A DNA stretch of 64,000 nucleotides from contig JBBSVO010000002.1 in the NCBI GenBank assembly GCA_038046805.1, positions 2,528 through 66,527 on the forward strand, written 5' to 3'. Shown one piece after another: positions 1 through 9,260 of this stretch. Position 1 is the stretch's first letter, and each line of letters starts with the position of its first letter. Under the pieces are notes generated by a model that saw only the letters and a list, made by a program, of their open reading frames with translations, did no database searches and had not been told where the DNA came from. The translations under genes were made by a program, and so were the position numbers. The DNA comes from Candidatus Micrarchaeota archaeon (GTDB taxonomy: Archaea; Micrarchaeota; Micrarchaeia; Anstonellales; Bilamarchaeaceae).

Positions 1-543
1 AGGATATGGCTTCCTTATGGGGAAAGCATGACGCTGGGTATCCTGCTGGCACTTGCGCTCGCAACGCTCAAATTTTTCGTTCAATCAATAAAAAATATTG
101 CAGCAATACTCGCTACCGCTGGTGCTGGAGCAATATTTGGTTCATCATTTAGTCTTCCAGTTGCTGTCCTTTTCCTCATTCTTCTTTCAGTGTATGACTA
201 CATCGCGGTTCTGAAAACAAAGCACATGGTTGAAATGGCCAAATTTATGATTCAGAAAGAGCTGGCGTTCACGGTTACTTCTAGGAAATATGTTCCAGAA
301 GTTAAAAAAGAGGCAAGGATTGATTTGGGTACGGGTGACCTCATTGCGCCAATAATCGTGGAAGTGGCGGCATTTTCCATAAATCCGTTAATTTCAGTTG
401 TTGTTGGGTTCGGAGCGCTCGTTTCGCTTGGTTTGTTTCTTTTCTTAGTCTGGAGAAAAGGCCTGGTTCTTCCTGCGCTTCCGCCAATCACCGCAGGGGT
501 TATAGTTTCACTTCTGGTTTCAATGTTGTTGGGGCTTTGGTAA
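1..543 (+). CDS. Presenilin/signal-peptide-peptidase-like intramembrane aspartyl protease (A22 family, archaeal PSH/DUF1119 type); 5' end cut by the window edge
   Basis: The frame is open from base 1, with no stop upstream of the ATG at 28. The protein is multi-TM. The three family hallmarks occur in order: 'VYDYIAV' (YD), 'LGTGDLIAP' (GxGD) and 'LPALPP' (PAL). Confidence 0.75.
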   Translation, partial: RIWLPYGESMTLGILLALALATLKFFVQSIKNIAAILATAGAGAIFGSSFSLPVAVLFLILLSVYDYIAVLKTKHMVEMAKFMIQKELAFTVTSRKYVPEVKKEARIDLGTGDLIAPIIVEVAAFSINPLISVVVGFGALVSLGLFLFLVWRKGLVLPALPPITAGVIVSLLVSMLLGLW

Positions 544-594
544 ATAATTGGCTACTGGCTCCTAGCTTCTGGCTGCTAGCGACGTAAAACATGA

Positions 595-1299
595 TTACTG
601 TAGCATGCTCTCAAGTTCTTTACCCATGCAAAATCTGATTGCATCTGTTGCTCCGTGTTGTGTTGCCGTTTTTGCTGTCTTAGCGGCTACGTTATCAAGT
701 TTCTCCGCGAATATTTGCGGGTTCACGCTCAACTGCGCAATCAATTGGAATGCCGTTCCAATTGCAACGAACGGGTCCATGGAATAGACTTCGGTTCCCC
801 CGCGTCTTTGTTTGGCTTCTTGCACCTCTCTTGCCGTTTTCCTTAACCTTATGCTGTCAACCAATGCGGCACCCATTTTGTTTATGAATTCTTCAACTTC
901 AGGAAACCCCCTATCAATCATCTGGATTTTATGTCCGCTCATATCTTTAAGGATGGAATCCACGATTCCGGATAATTCTCTTTCCACTTCCCGTATATAT
1001 GCGCCGTCTTCCCCAAGGTTGGCATCTTTCCGAATAATTTCCTCTGGGTCCGCGTACTGGCAATAAATTGATGCGAGCGCCCTTGCAATCTCCGTGGCAA
1101 CTTCTTCCTTTCTTTTTTCTATTGGAATTCCTTTTGGAGTTTTAGCTCTGCCCGCGGGCGGTTCTACAACAACAGCTGGAAGCGACATCGCGCATCTGGA
1201 TTGGTTTGGAGTGTTTGCGGTGTGGGCAGGTCCACCGGTATTTGGTCCGGTTCCGTCTCTTGGCGTTCTTGTTCCAACTTTTGTGTCATGTATTGGCAT
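595..1299 (-). CDS. Hypothetical protein
   Basis: Long ORF with coding-like composition, convergent with the protease gene. The first 37 codons are low-complexity (G/T/P/N-rich), so the true start may be Met38 (about 1188). I recognise no family. Confidence 0.45.
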   Translation of the reverse strand: MPIHDTKVGTRTPRDGTGPNTGGPAHTANTPNQSRCAMSLPAVVVEPPAGRAKTPKGIPIEKRKEEVATEIARALASIYCQYADPEEIIRKDANLGEDGAYIREVERELSGIVDSILKDMSGHKIQMIDRGFPEVEEFINKMGAALVDSIRLRKTAREVQEAKQRRGGTEVYSMDPFVAIGTAFQLIAQLSVNPQIFAEKLDNVAAKTAKTATQHGATDAIRFCMGKELESMLQ

Positions 1300-1320
1300 A
1301 GACTCATCCCCTCAGTTTTT

Positions 1321-2289
1321 TTATTTGCTCCCTGTTTTTTTCTTTTTATCTGTTTTGTTCGTGCCTTTGATTACCCTGAAATCCGTAACCGTTTGCACCA
1401 CGTGCGGGGCGTATGGTCTTACTATTTTCTGGTTCAGAATCTCAACCTTTGCTTTTGCCACCATGGTAGCTTGTTGCACTTTTTCCTGGGCATCCTCAAA
1501 TGCCTTTCCTTCCTCTGCAAAGCTGTAGAAATGGACAATCGCGCCGTTCTTTGCTCCTGCAAATGCCACGTCAAGGAAATCATGCGCGCTTTTCGGTAGA
1601 GGCATCAGTATGCGATCAGCCCAGTTGGGAAATCTTTCCATCACTACAGTCCGCGCGTCTCCTTCGATCGGCTCTATTATTTCATTCATTTTGTTGAGCC
1701 GCACGTTTTCCTTCATGTATTTTGCCGCGTCAGGATTCAGCTCAATTGCAGCAATCTTTAGTTTTTTGCCCTTGTTCTTTCGCGCAATTACGAGCGGGAA
1801 TGGTCCTACTCCGGCGAACAGTGCGAGGATATTTTCACCATCTTTCACTTGTGCGGCAATCCTTTCTCGCTCGTGGCTTAAGCGGACTGAAAAATATGTT
1901 TTTGCAACATCAAATCTCATTCTGCATCCGTTTTCATGGTATTCGGTTTCAGTGCGGTTCTCCCCTGCAATAATCTTAAGCGGGCGTACTCTGTATTCTC
2001 CGGTCATTCCTCCAAGTTTCTTTGCAACCACTTTTACATTGCGGTGCACCTGCATTATTGCTTCCGCGATTTCCTTTTCCCGTGACACGAGCTCGTCAGG
2101 AATTTCAATTATCGCAATATCACCGATTATATCAAATGCCTTGGTGAGGTGGCGCAGTTCCTCTTCCGAGAATTTGGAGGAAAGGGCTTCTTTCAGGGAA
2201 TGAGGCAAATGCCGTTCAATGGTTGTGTCGGGTTTGGCCTTGAATATTGTTGTGTGCAGAAATTTTGAGAGATGTTTTACTAATTCCAT
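1321..2289 (-). CDS. tRNA methyltransferase of the Trm5/Taw2 (Met-10+) family
   Basis: Typical family architecture and motifs: 'FDIIGDIAIIEIP', 'FDVAKTYFSVRLSHER', the SAM-binding 'ILALFAGVGPFPLVIA', and 'ADRILMPLPKSA'. A K-rich tail follows. Confidence 0.85.
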   Translation of the reverse strand: MELVKHLSKFLHTTIFKAKPDTTIERHLPHSLKEALSSKFSEEELRHLTKAFDIIGDIAIIEIPDELVSREKEIAEAIMQVHRNVKVVAKKLGGMTGEYRVRPLKIIAGENRTETEYHENGCRMRFDVAKTYFSVRLSHERERIAAQVKDGENILALFAGVGPFPLVIARKNKGKKLKIAAIELNPDAAKYMKENVRLNKMNEIIEPIEGDARTVVMERFPNWADRILMPLPKSAHDFLDVAFAGAKNGAIVHFYSFAEEGKAFEDAQEKVQQATMVAKAKVEILNQKIVRPYAPHVVQTVTDFRVIKGTNKTDKKKKTGSK

Positions 2290-2345
2290 ATGTTCTCTTA
2301 GACAGAAAGCATTTTTTAATTCAATACCTGAAACTCATGCCGTTG

Positions 2346-3119
2346 TCACTTATTTAAGAAAATAAAATATAGTAAAATCGCATATACCGCCGATAGCATA
2401 TAGGATATGGCTATTGCTGGGACAAAACCAACAATAGAAATAAGGTAGTAGAGTGCGATGACGAATACCACCGAGCCGATCGAACCCAATGGCATCGTTC
2501 TGGCGACCGAGGCAGTAAAACCAAATCCGTGCTTATTAGAAAGCAGATACAATGAAGATGTGAATCCCGCTGGAAAAACACCAAAAACGCCTCCCCAAAC
2601 CGGGCCAAGATATTTTCCGAGAAGGACTGCAGTAAAAATTACGCTTCCAGCGAAAATCGCCCGATAAAAGAATTCAGCATGCGAACTGGTTGTGTTGTCA
2701 ATTTTTTTATCTGGAAATCTGTTCAAAATCGGAATCGTAATTGCATATATGCCTATTGCAAATAGGATCGAGAAAAGTAAATCCAATTTTAATAAGACAA
2801 GAAGTACGCCTAGGCTCCCCCAGATTAAAAAAGCTATGGAAAATGCTATTTTGATTCCGTATCTATATGACAGTATAAATGCGGAAACAAAAAGTGCGCT
2901 TACAGACAATGCTGCCGTAGTGGTTGGAAGCGCAGTTAAAACAGCAGAAACATCCTGCGTCCATGCAATGAAAATCAGGCTGACTAGGGTTGTTGACGGA
3001 AGCCCGAGTATAATTCCGCCAATCTTTGAACCGAATTTCTCTGCTATCCAAATCGTAAACGCAATATACGTGCCACCTATGAAAAACGAAAGAATAAGCT
3101 TAATCCAGAACAAATCCAT
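2346..3119 (-). CDS. Polytopic membrane protein (DUF3147-like, function unknown)
   Basis: About 8 predicted hydrophobic helices. I place the start at MDLFWIK (3119). The 12 upstream codons of the track ORF (MRCRESLGLGEIM) are simply the reverse reading of a repeat derived from the leuS 3' end. Confidence 0.6.
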   Translation of the reverse strand: MDLFWIKLILSFFIGGTYIAFTIWIAEKFGSKIGGIILGLPSTTLVSLIFIAWTQDVSAVLTALPTTTAALSVSALFVSAFILSYRYGIKIAFSIAFLIWGSLGVLLVLLKLDLLFSILFAIGIYAITIPILNRFPDKKIDNTTSSHAEFFYRAIFAGSVIFTAVLLGKYLGPVWGGVFGVFPAGFTSSLYLLSNKHGFGFTASVARTMPLGSIGSVVFVIALYYLISIVGFVPAIAISYMLSAVYAILLYFIFLNK

Positions 3120-3122
3120 GAT

Positions 3123-3165
3123 TTCACCCAATCCCAGGCTTTCCCGGCATCGCATTCTTTGCCAT
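3123..3165 (-). repeat. Copy 1 of the leuS 3'-end repeat (pseudo-terminus reading MAKNAMPGKPGIG*)
   Basis: It aligns with 3331-3380 and with the real leuS terminus at 4823-4877. The core 'ggcatcgcattctt' is identical in all three copies. In the leuS frame this copy reads AKNAMPGKP, as the real C-terminus does. Confidence 0.8.
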
Positions 3166-3330
3166 TTTGTCCTCTTGAGCGAACATTACAAAGCCGTCTA
3201 ACCCAAACCCGGAAAGCCGTTATGCCGGCAGCCTTCTGGTTAAAGTTTATACACCTTATCTTTTTATTATCTTTTGTAAAAATAACATGGTTATTTTGTA
3301 ATTTATATGCGAAATAATCGCCATTAGTCG

Positions 3331-3380
3331 TTCACTCAATTCCAATCGCCGGCTTCCCAGGCATCGCATTCTTCGTCCAT
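3331..3380 (-). repeat. Copy 2 of the leuS 3'-end repeat
   Basis: 'ttcactcaattccaatcgccggcttcccaggcatcgcattcttcgtccat' compares with leuS 'ttcattcaaacactatcgccggctttcccggcatcgcattcttcgcgcgttccat'. A 1-nt and a 4-nt indel destroy the frame. Confidence 0.8.
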
Positions 3381-3382
3381 AG

Positions 3383-4663
3383 CTAAAACACCAATTCCTC
3401 GCTTGCTAGAAATGATGAAAGGGGAATCAGGTATATCTTCTTTCCACCTGCATTAAGATAATCAAATGCCCCCTGATATATCATATACCCCGTGTCCAAT
3501 TTTCTGCGTTGCATATACGACAATAAATTTCCAGCATCAGAAATCGAAACCCTGTCAGAAGATTTTACTTCTATCGGATAAATTTGCTTGGCCGTTCTAA
3601 TTACAAAATCCACCTCACGTTTTTGTTCATCCAGAAATGTCAGGGGTTCGTACTGCCTAAGTTTATCAAACACAGCAGTCTCAATAAGTTTCCCCTGTGA
3701 AAAATTTGAGGTTGTGTTCATATAGATGGAGGGCGAAGCCACATACCCCTTTTTCTTTTTTCTTATCATCTTTGCGTAGTTTGCCTCGGTGAAAATGCGC
3801 TTGACCAGATGGCTTTGCTCAAGATACGTTATATAATCTGCCACCGTTGGTTCGCTAAGGCCAATAAAGCCGGAAATATTACTTTCATGCACGAAATCTC
3901 CAGAGTAGTTCGCAAAATATTCGTAAATCTCGAGCAGTTTCGAGACGTGCGATATTTTGAATATGGACGGAATGTCCTCAAAAATCATTTTTTCCACAGT
4001 GGAGGTTTTGATGTAGTTTTTTATTATCGGTTTATCGTTCACATAATGCAATTCCGGGTAGGAGCCTTTCTCCAGAAAAGAGCCGAGATGCTCTTCAAAC
4101 AGAGTTCTGCATTCTGGTTCTGAAAAATTCAGAGAAGCAATCGGCTTTATCCCATCTTGTGCCAAGTATTCGTCAAAGCCAAGCGGGGGAAGGGTGTAAT
4201 TTATCATACGGCCTGCAAGGCTTTCCCGTCCCTTTCGTATGTGCAATGCCGCAGAACTGCTGATTAAAAAGGTGGCGTTGGAACGGTCGTAGTATTTTTT
4301 GATAATCCCTCCCCAGTCATCTATTTTACCGACCTCATCAAGGCAGATGACCGCAGAATTATCCTTGTTGATAAAAAATTTCAGAACCTCGTCAAGTACC
4401 TCTCCGTTTTGGTGGGCCTTCTTGTCAAAGGCGAAATAGAAGACTATTCTGCCGTCTTTTTGCAGTTTTTTCAGAATCTGTTTGAGCAGGGTTGTTTTGC
4501 CAATGCGTCTTAGCCCATCTATTGCAATTATGAACCGTTTTTTCTTTTCAACAAATGTGCCAATGGAATAAAATAGTTTTCGAGCATACACTGGAGTTGT
4601 TTCCGCTCCCCCAGTGTTCATTGCGCTATAATCCAGTATCTCCTCAATGGTTATTTTTGCCAT
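3383..4663 (-). CDS. AAA+ ATPase, AAA_14 + DUF4143 family
   Basis: Walker A 'GLRRIGKTTLL', Walker B-like 'VICLDEVGKI', and a C-terminal DUF4143-like region. It is a paralog of 11038..12294. Confidence 0.85.
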   Translation of the reverse strand: MAKITIEEILDYSAMNTGGAETTPVYARKLFYSIGTFVEKKKRFIIAIDGLRRIGKTTLLKQILKKLQKDGRIVFYFAFDKKAHQNGEVLDEVLKFFINKDNSAVICLDEVGKIDDWGGIIKKYYDRSNATFLISSSAALHIRKGRESLAGRMINYTLPPLGFDEYLAQDGIKPIASLNFSEPECRTLFEEHLGSFLEKGSYPELHYVNDKPIIKNYIKTSTVEKMIFEDIPSIFKISHVSKLLEIYEYFANYSGDFVHESNISGFIGLSEPTVADYITYLEQSHLVKRIFTEANYAKMIRKKKKGYVASPSIYMNTTSNFSQGKLIETAVFDKLRQYEPLTFLDEQKREVDFVIRTAKQIYPIEVKSSDRVSISDAGNLLSYMQRRKLDTGYMIYQGAFDYLNAGGKKIYLIPLSSFLASEELVF

Positions 4664-4823
4664 GGGTTATTGCTGGAATGAAAGTATTTATTAAACTATG
4701 TTTTATTTAATCAAGGATTAAGTAAAATGCATTTTATAAATTCTTTTGAAGAAGGTATAATCAGAATAGGTATAATTGCGGTTATACCTTAATTGTTTCT
4801 GGAGTTTTCTCCGTCCTCTTGCT

Positions 4824-7748
4824 TCATTCAAACACTATCGCCGGCTTTCCCGGCATCGCATTCTTCGCGCGTTCCATTCCCGGAGTTCCTGCCTTCGCGT
4901 CATCTTCGCCCATAACAGAAACGGGGCATCCGAACTCCTTTGCGAAAAACGATTCGGCTTCCTTCAGCGCGGACAGCTCGTCCTTTGCTGATAAGACTGG
5001 TGGGAGTGAATATGCACTCTTTACAAGCGATTTTGCCATCTTTTGGACTATGTCCATGCGAGTCTTGAGTTCCGCATCCTGGCTCGCGGCTCTCATTATC
5101 TTATCAAACACCTTCTCGCTCGCAATTATGTTGTAGATTTTCCGCTTTGCTTCATTCGCAATAAATATCTTCACTGCAACGGGTTTCTTGTTCAGGATCT
5201 TCTCAAGGTTTTCAACGTCATCCATGACTTTTCGCACAAGCTCCTCGCCCATTTCCGCCTCTTCACTGATTGCCTTTTCATCAGCTTTTGGAAATTCTGC
5301 ATTTGCCACGAACCCTTTCCCTTCAAGCGCATGCCAGAATTCCTCTGCATGGTGGGGCATGAACGGGGAGATTAGAACTGTCCACTTTGCGAAGAAATCG
5401 TGAAGCTGCGGTGAGTCCGTGCGCTTTGCATACCACTTCAGTTCATCATAAATCCCGTAGAATATCTCAAGCGCAAGCTCGCGTAGTGCAAGCTTTTCAT
5501 AGAGTTCGGAAGCGGATTTTATTTTTCGGTTTAAACGCGACATCAGCCATTTATCTATCGCATTCTTCTTCGCGCTTTTTTTATTTTTTTGTCCCGCAGT
5601 TTCGGCAATCAATCTTCCGATATAATCAAGTCTTGTTCTCGTCCCCTCAGCAACGGTCTTGTTGAAATCAGTATCCTGTGTTATGTCCGCACCGCTTACT
5701 ACTGAGAAGCGGATTATATCCGCCCCATACTCGCGAAGGGCTTTTCTGAGCGGTAAAATGTTTCCCATGCTCTTGCTCATCTTTGCCCCATTCATCATTA
5801 CGAAACCGTTTGTTACAATCTGTTTTGGCCAGTGTTCGCGCGGGAATATCGCCACATGATTAAAGATAAAGAATGGGAGATGGTTTCGTAATAAATCTGC
5901 GCCTGAGTGCCTCGAGTCTAATGGATACCAGTAAAGGAATGATTCGCGGCATTTCTTTGCTACAGCAGCACTTTTCCCGCTTACCTTTCCTTTCCCATAA
6001 AACACATAATCAAAAAATTCTTCAGTCAATTCGCCTATCCCTTCGGATTCAAGCAGGTGCACAATCGTGTAAAATGCCATATAGATTGTTGAATCTGACA
6101 ATGCCTCAATCATCTTGCTCTTGTCAAAAGGCAATCTAGTTCCAAGCCCTGCTGCACGTGCGCATGCCTTTTCCTTTAGCCATCCAGCAGTGTAAAGATA
6201 ATCCGCGCGGTTCTTCTCAGGGATTATGCTCATCGCGTTTATGCATTCGCGTGCTTTTTGTTTCCATTCCTCGTTGCCATAATCTATGAACCACTGGTCA
6301 TTGAGAAGCTTGATAACAATATGTGTTCCACATCTACAGTAAACAGGTTTATTATCAATTTCCCAGAACATAACTGCATCTTTGGAACTTAGTAGGTCTT
6401 TTTTGATTGCTTCCTGACAATTTGGCACGCTCATTCCTGAATATTTTCCACAGCTATTATTCATGATCCCCTTGCGGAATACGCGTCGGTTAAGCTCGCC
6501 TTTTGCTTCTTCTAATTTGTCTTTTTGATCTGCAGAAGTTATTCCAAACTCCTTTCCAATCGAATCCCCTAAGTCATTTCCCATGCCTTCTATGTTTATG
6601 ATATGAATTGGCTTAAGTTTTGCAACTGTGTTTTGGTCAAGGCCGTACTGTTTAACTGTGCTCGAGTCTGCCTGTATTTTACGTAATTCGTACAAATCAA
6701 CCGGATCTTCAAGCGCAGAGTAAACCAAGCCGGAACCAACACTGCTGTCGATGAATGCCGCAGGAAGGATATATAGCTCATAATTAACGATTGGGCCTTT
6801 AACCCATTTTCCTATTAGTTCCTTTGCGTTTATTTCACCAATTATTTTTGCATTTGGGTCGCATTGGTCACGTATCTTTTCTATTGTTGCTTCCCCAACT
6901 ACCCATTTTTCGTTTTTTACCTGAACTATACTATATTTCCCATGCGGATCAATCCAAAGATTCGATTGTCCTAAAAGCGCATCCGGACGGGTAGTTCCGG
7001 TCATTAAAATCAAATCGGATTCGTTTAAGCGGAACTTTATCCAAATAAAATCTTTGATTTCCGGATCAACATCCCCCTTCGTGTCATGCGCACCAACCGC
7101 GTTTCCATCCCTCGGGCACCAGGGAATCGCATGCTCGCCCTGAACAATTAACTTCTGCTCCTTTAGCTTTGCGAATTGCCATTCTATGAATCGGTTAAAT
7201 TTCCTGTCAAATGAGTAAAACTTGCGCCGCCAGTCTATCGAATAGCCAATTTCTCGCATCCCGGCTTCTATTTCCTTTGAGAAATGTATAACGAGCGCGT
7301 TCGGCTCTGTAAGCGTTGCGGCGGTTTCGCGGCTTATCCCGTAAATCCGTTCAAATACGCCCAATACTTCCTCGTCCTTTTCAGCAATCCTCTTTGCCAT
7401 TGCCAGAATGGGAGTACCGGTAACATGGAATGCCATCGGAAACAGGACATTGTAACCGCGTAGTCTCCAGTATCTTGCGTAAATATCCGTAGTAGTATAA
7501 GTGCGCGCATGGCCTATATGCTGGGGAGAATTCGGGTAAGGAAAGGCTGCGGTTATATATTTTTTCTTTTTCCCCGCACCCGTAGCTTCTTTTTCGAGAT
7601 TTCTTTTTTCGAGTTTTACTTTTTTTGTTCCGCCCGTCTCCTTTTTCCCGGTTTCCGGGTCTGCTTCGTAAACCTTTTCCTTTTCCCAGTTCTCCTGCCA
7701 TTTTTTGTCGAGGGAATTTGTATCTGTGAAGTTATCCATATAATCCAC
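4824..7748 (-). CDS. leuS: Leucyl-tRNA synthetase, archaeal type
   Basis: 974 aa with a HIGH-type motif 'PQHIGHARTY' and 'KMSKSMGN'. The CP1 editing region and C-terminal domain are typical of archaeal LeuRS. Confidence 0.95.
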   Translation of the reverse strand: MDYMDNFTDTNSLDKKWQENWEKEKVYEADPETGKKETGGTKKVKLEKRNLEKEATGAGKKKKYITAAFPYPNSPQHIGHARTYTTTDIYARYWRLRGYNVLFPMAFHVTGTPILAMAKRIAEKDEEVLGVFERIYGISRETAATLTEPNALVIHFSKEIEAGMREIGYSIDWRRKFYSFDRKFNRFIEWQFAKLKEQKLIVQGEHAIPWCPRDGNAVGAHDTKGDVDPEIKDFIWIKFRLNESDLILMTGTTRPDALLGQSNLWIDPHGKYSIVQVKNEKWVVGEATIEKIRDQCDPNAKIIGEINAKELIGKWVKGPIVNYELYILPAAFIDSSVGSGLVYSALEDPVDLYELRKIQADSSTVKQYGLDQNTVAKLKPIHIINIEGMGNDLGDSIGKEFGITSADQKDKLEEAKGELNRRVFRKGIMNNSCGKYSGMSVPNCQEAIKKDLLSSKDAVMFWEIDNKPVYCRCGTHIVIKLLNDQWFIDYGNEEWKQKARECINAMSIIPEKNRADYLYTAGWLKEKACARAAGLGTRLPFDKSKMIEALSDSTIYMAFYTIVHLLESEGIGELTEEFFDYVFYGKGKVSGKSAAVAKKCRESFLYWYPLDSRHSGADLLRNHLPFFIFNHVAIFPREHWPKQIVTNGFVMMNGAKMSKSMGNILPLRKALREYGADIIRFSVVSGADITQDTDFNKTVAEGTRTRLDYIGRLIAETAGQKNKKSAKKNAIDKWLMSRLNRKIKSASELYEKLALRELALEIFYGIYDELKWYAKRTDSPQLHDFFAKWTVLISPFMPHHAEEFWHALEGKGFVANAEFPKADEKAISEEAEMGEELVRKVMDDVENLEKILNKKPVAVKIFIANEAKRKIYNIIASEKVFDKIMRAASQDAELKTRMDIVQKMAKSLVKSAYSLPPVLSAKDELSALKEAESFFAKEFGCPVSVMGEDDAKAGTPGMERAKNAMPGKPAIVFE

Positions 7749-7772
7749 TAATCCTTCTTCTTCGGAAGTTCT

Positions 7773-8174
7773 TTATAATATTTGTCCCTCGCCTTCTTTA
7801 TCCTCAACGCATTCCCCATACCCTGTTCCGCATTCATTGCATACGCGCCTTCCTGTCGCGCATCCATGCTCATTACAACTTGAAATTGAACCAGGTTCGC
7901 AAATCTTCTTTAACTGGCATTGACGGTATATTCCGTTTTTACATTCCCGAACTCCTTCACATGGTCCAAGCTTGCAGGAATAAACTGCTTCATCACTGCA
8001 TTCGGGACCGGTTGTTGTCTTAAGTTCTGCGTCGGGGGTCTTGAAATGTTCTAGTTCAATCGGGCTTTTCCATTTAAATCCGAGCTGGGGAATTGAAATT
8101 AGCACAACTTCAATAAGCACTAACAAAATCAGAATCGCAATCGTACGCTGGTATTTTTTCAATAGGAAGAGCAT
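7773..8174 (-). CDS. Small membrane-anchored cysteine-rich protein (hypothetical)
   Basis: N-terminal TM anchor 'IAILILLVLIEVVLISI' followed by an ectodomain with about 11 Cys in the last roughly 80 residues. Confidence 0.55.
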   Translation of the reverse strand: MLFLLKKYQRTIAILILLVLIEVVLISIPQLGFKWKSPIELEHFKTPDAELKTTTGPECSDEAVYSCKLGPCEGVRECKNGIYRQCQLKKICEPGSISSCNEHGCATGRRVCNECGTGYGECVEDKEGEGQIL

Positions 8175-8189
8175 TTATTCCACCAGAGT

Positions 8190-9182
8190 TCATTGCATCT
8201 TTATCTTCCAGCCAGAGTTCCCGCTATCTACCTTGAATAGTTGCGCGAGCATGCTCTCCACCCCGAACAGGCTCTCGCTTTCGGTTGGAGACACCTTTAT
8301 CCTACATGTTGTTGGTTCTTTTCCTTTCTCGTATTTCAATCCAGCAAGGTCAGCTGCTTTTCTCAGTGCATCCTTTTTTGTTCCAACTGCATCCACTAAG
8401 CCAATTTCCTTTGCCTGCCTTCCGCTTAACATTCTTCCGTCAAGGACACTCTCAAATTTTTCCATGTTTAGTTTTCCTTTTCTCCCATCAATTACGGTTT
8501 GTTTGAACTCTCCAAAAACTTCATTGATCATATTCTTTATTATCTGTTCCTCATCCGAATCCATCGGACGCGTAGGAGAACCGATATCCTTGTGTTTTCC
8601 AGAAGTTATTGCAGTTGCATTAACCCCTAATTTCCCCAAAAGTCCGCTCATATCAGCAAATGTTGCTACTACTCCAATGCTTCCGGTTATAGCATCAGGA
8701 TCTGAAACAATGTAATCAGTTGCTGTTGCGATATAATACCCGCCAGAGGCCGCAACTTCCCTGAAATACGCAACCTTTGGTTTGCTTAGATTCTTAAGTG
8801 GAAGATATATCTCCCGTGTTGCAACAACCGACCCTCCAGGAGAGTTAACGACGAGTAAAAGTGCAGCTACATTCTCCTTTTCCTCTAATTTTTCAATTTC
8901 CTTTGCAAAATCTGCCGAGCCGGGGGTTCCTTTTACAAATATAGATTCAGAAACGCTTTCTGTCATGATCGGCTGGTTTATTTCAATAATTCCAATACAT
9001 TTGCCACCCGGGAGCTCAAAAACCGATGAAAATACGAATGCAAGTGCAACAAGAACGAAAAATCCGATCGCCAAAAGTGCTATTGTGCCGTAGAGCATTC
9101 TCCTATCTGGAGGTTTTTGCGTGTGCATTTGCTTCTGCGTGAGCGACTGTGCGATTTGTTTGATTTCTGGAGTTACTGCCAT
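8190..9182 (-). CDS. sppA: Signal peptide peptidase SppA (S49 family, 36K type)
   Basis: N-terminal TM, 'LLLVVNSPGGSVVATREIY', 'VAASGGYYIATATDYIV', and a 'GSIGV' serine region. Confidence 0.85.
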   Translation of the reverse strand: MAVTPEIKQIAQSLTQKQMHTQKPPDRRMLYGTIALLAIGFFVLVALAFVFSSVFELPGGKCIGIIEINQPIMTESVSESIFVKGTPGSADFAKEIEKLEEKENVAALLLVVNSPGGSVVATREIYLPLKNLSKPKVAYFREVAASGGYYIATATDYIVSDPDAITGSIGVVATFADMSGLLGKLGVNATAITSGKHKDIGSPTRPMDSDEEQIIKNMINEVFGEFKQTVIDGRKGKLNMEKFESVLDGRMLSGRQAKEIGLVDAVGTKKDALRKAADLAGLKYEKGKEPTTCRIKVSPTESESLFGVESMLAQLFKVDSGNSGWKIKMQ

Positions 9183-9260
9183 ACATTGGATAGCCGCGAC
9201 AAGTAATTTAAAGGTTACATAACAACTTTTCTACCAGTGCATGAGATTGCACAAGTGTAT

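Noticed and set aside
548-583. GCT/AGC/CTGG-rich low-complexity stretches right after stop codons (548-583, 29405-29477, 51851-51910) as a possible novel repeat family.
   Set aside because: They share composition and imperfect hairpin potential, but only short runs of real identity. They are most simply gene-end hairpin or spacer sequences. They may be worth a genome-wide count, but the evidence here is not convincing.
3120-3155. N-terminal extension 'MRCRESLGLGEIM' of the membrane protein ORF 2346..3155.
   Set aside because: These codons are the reverse reading of the duplicated leuS terminus. The hydrophobic protein begins naturally at MDLFWIK (3119).
8041-8715. Long antisense ORFs opposite well-supported genes. 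Examples: 8041..8715 + opposite sppA, 1610..2203 + opposite trm5, 50406..50963 - opposite cdc48, 45718..46134 - opposite the SPFH gene, and 30229..30801 + opposite xpd.
   Set aside because: They lie fully inside strongly supported genes on the other strand. Their composition is low-complexity (S/F/L/I-rich) and they lack motifs. These are typical shadow ORFs.
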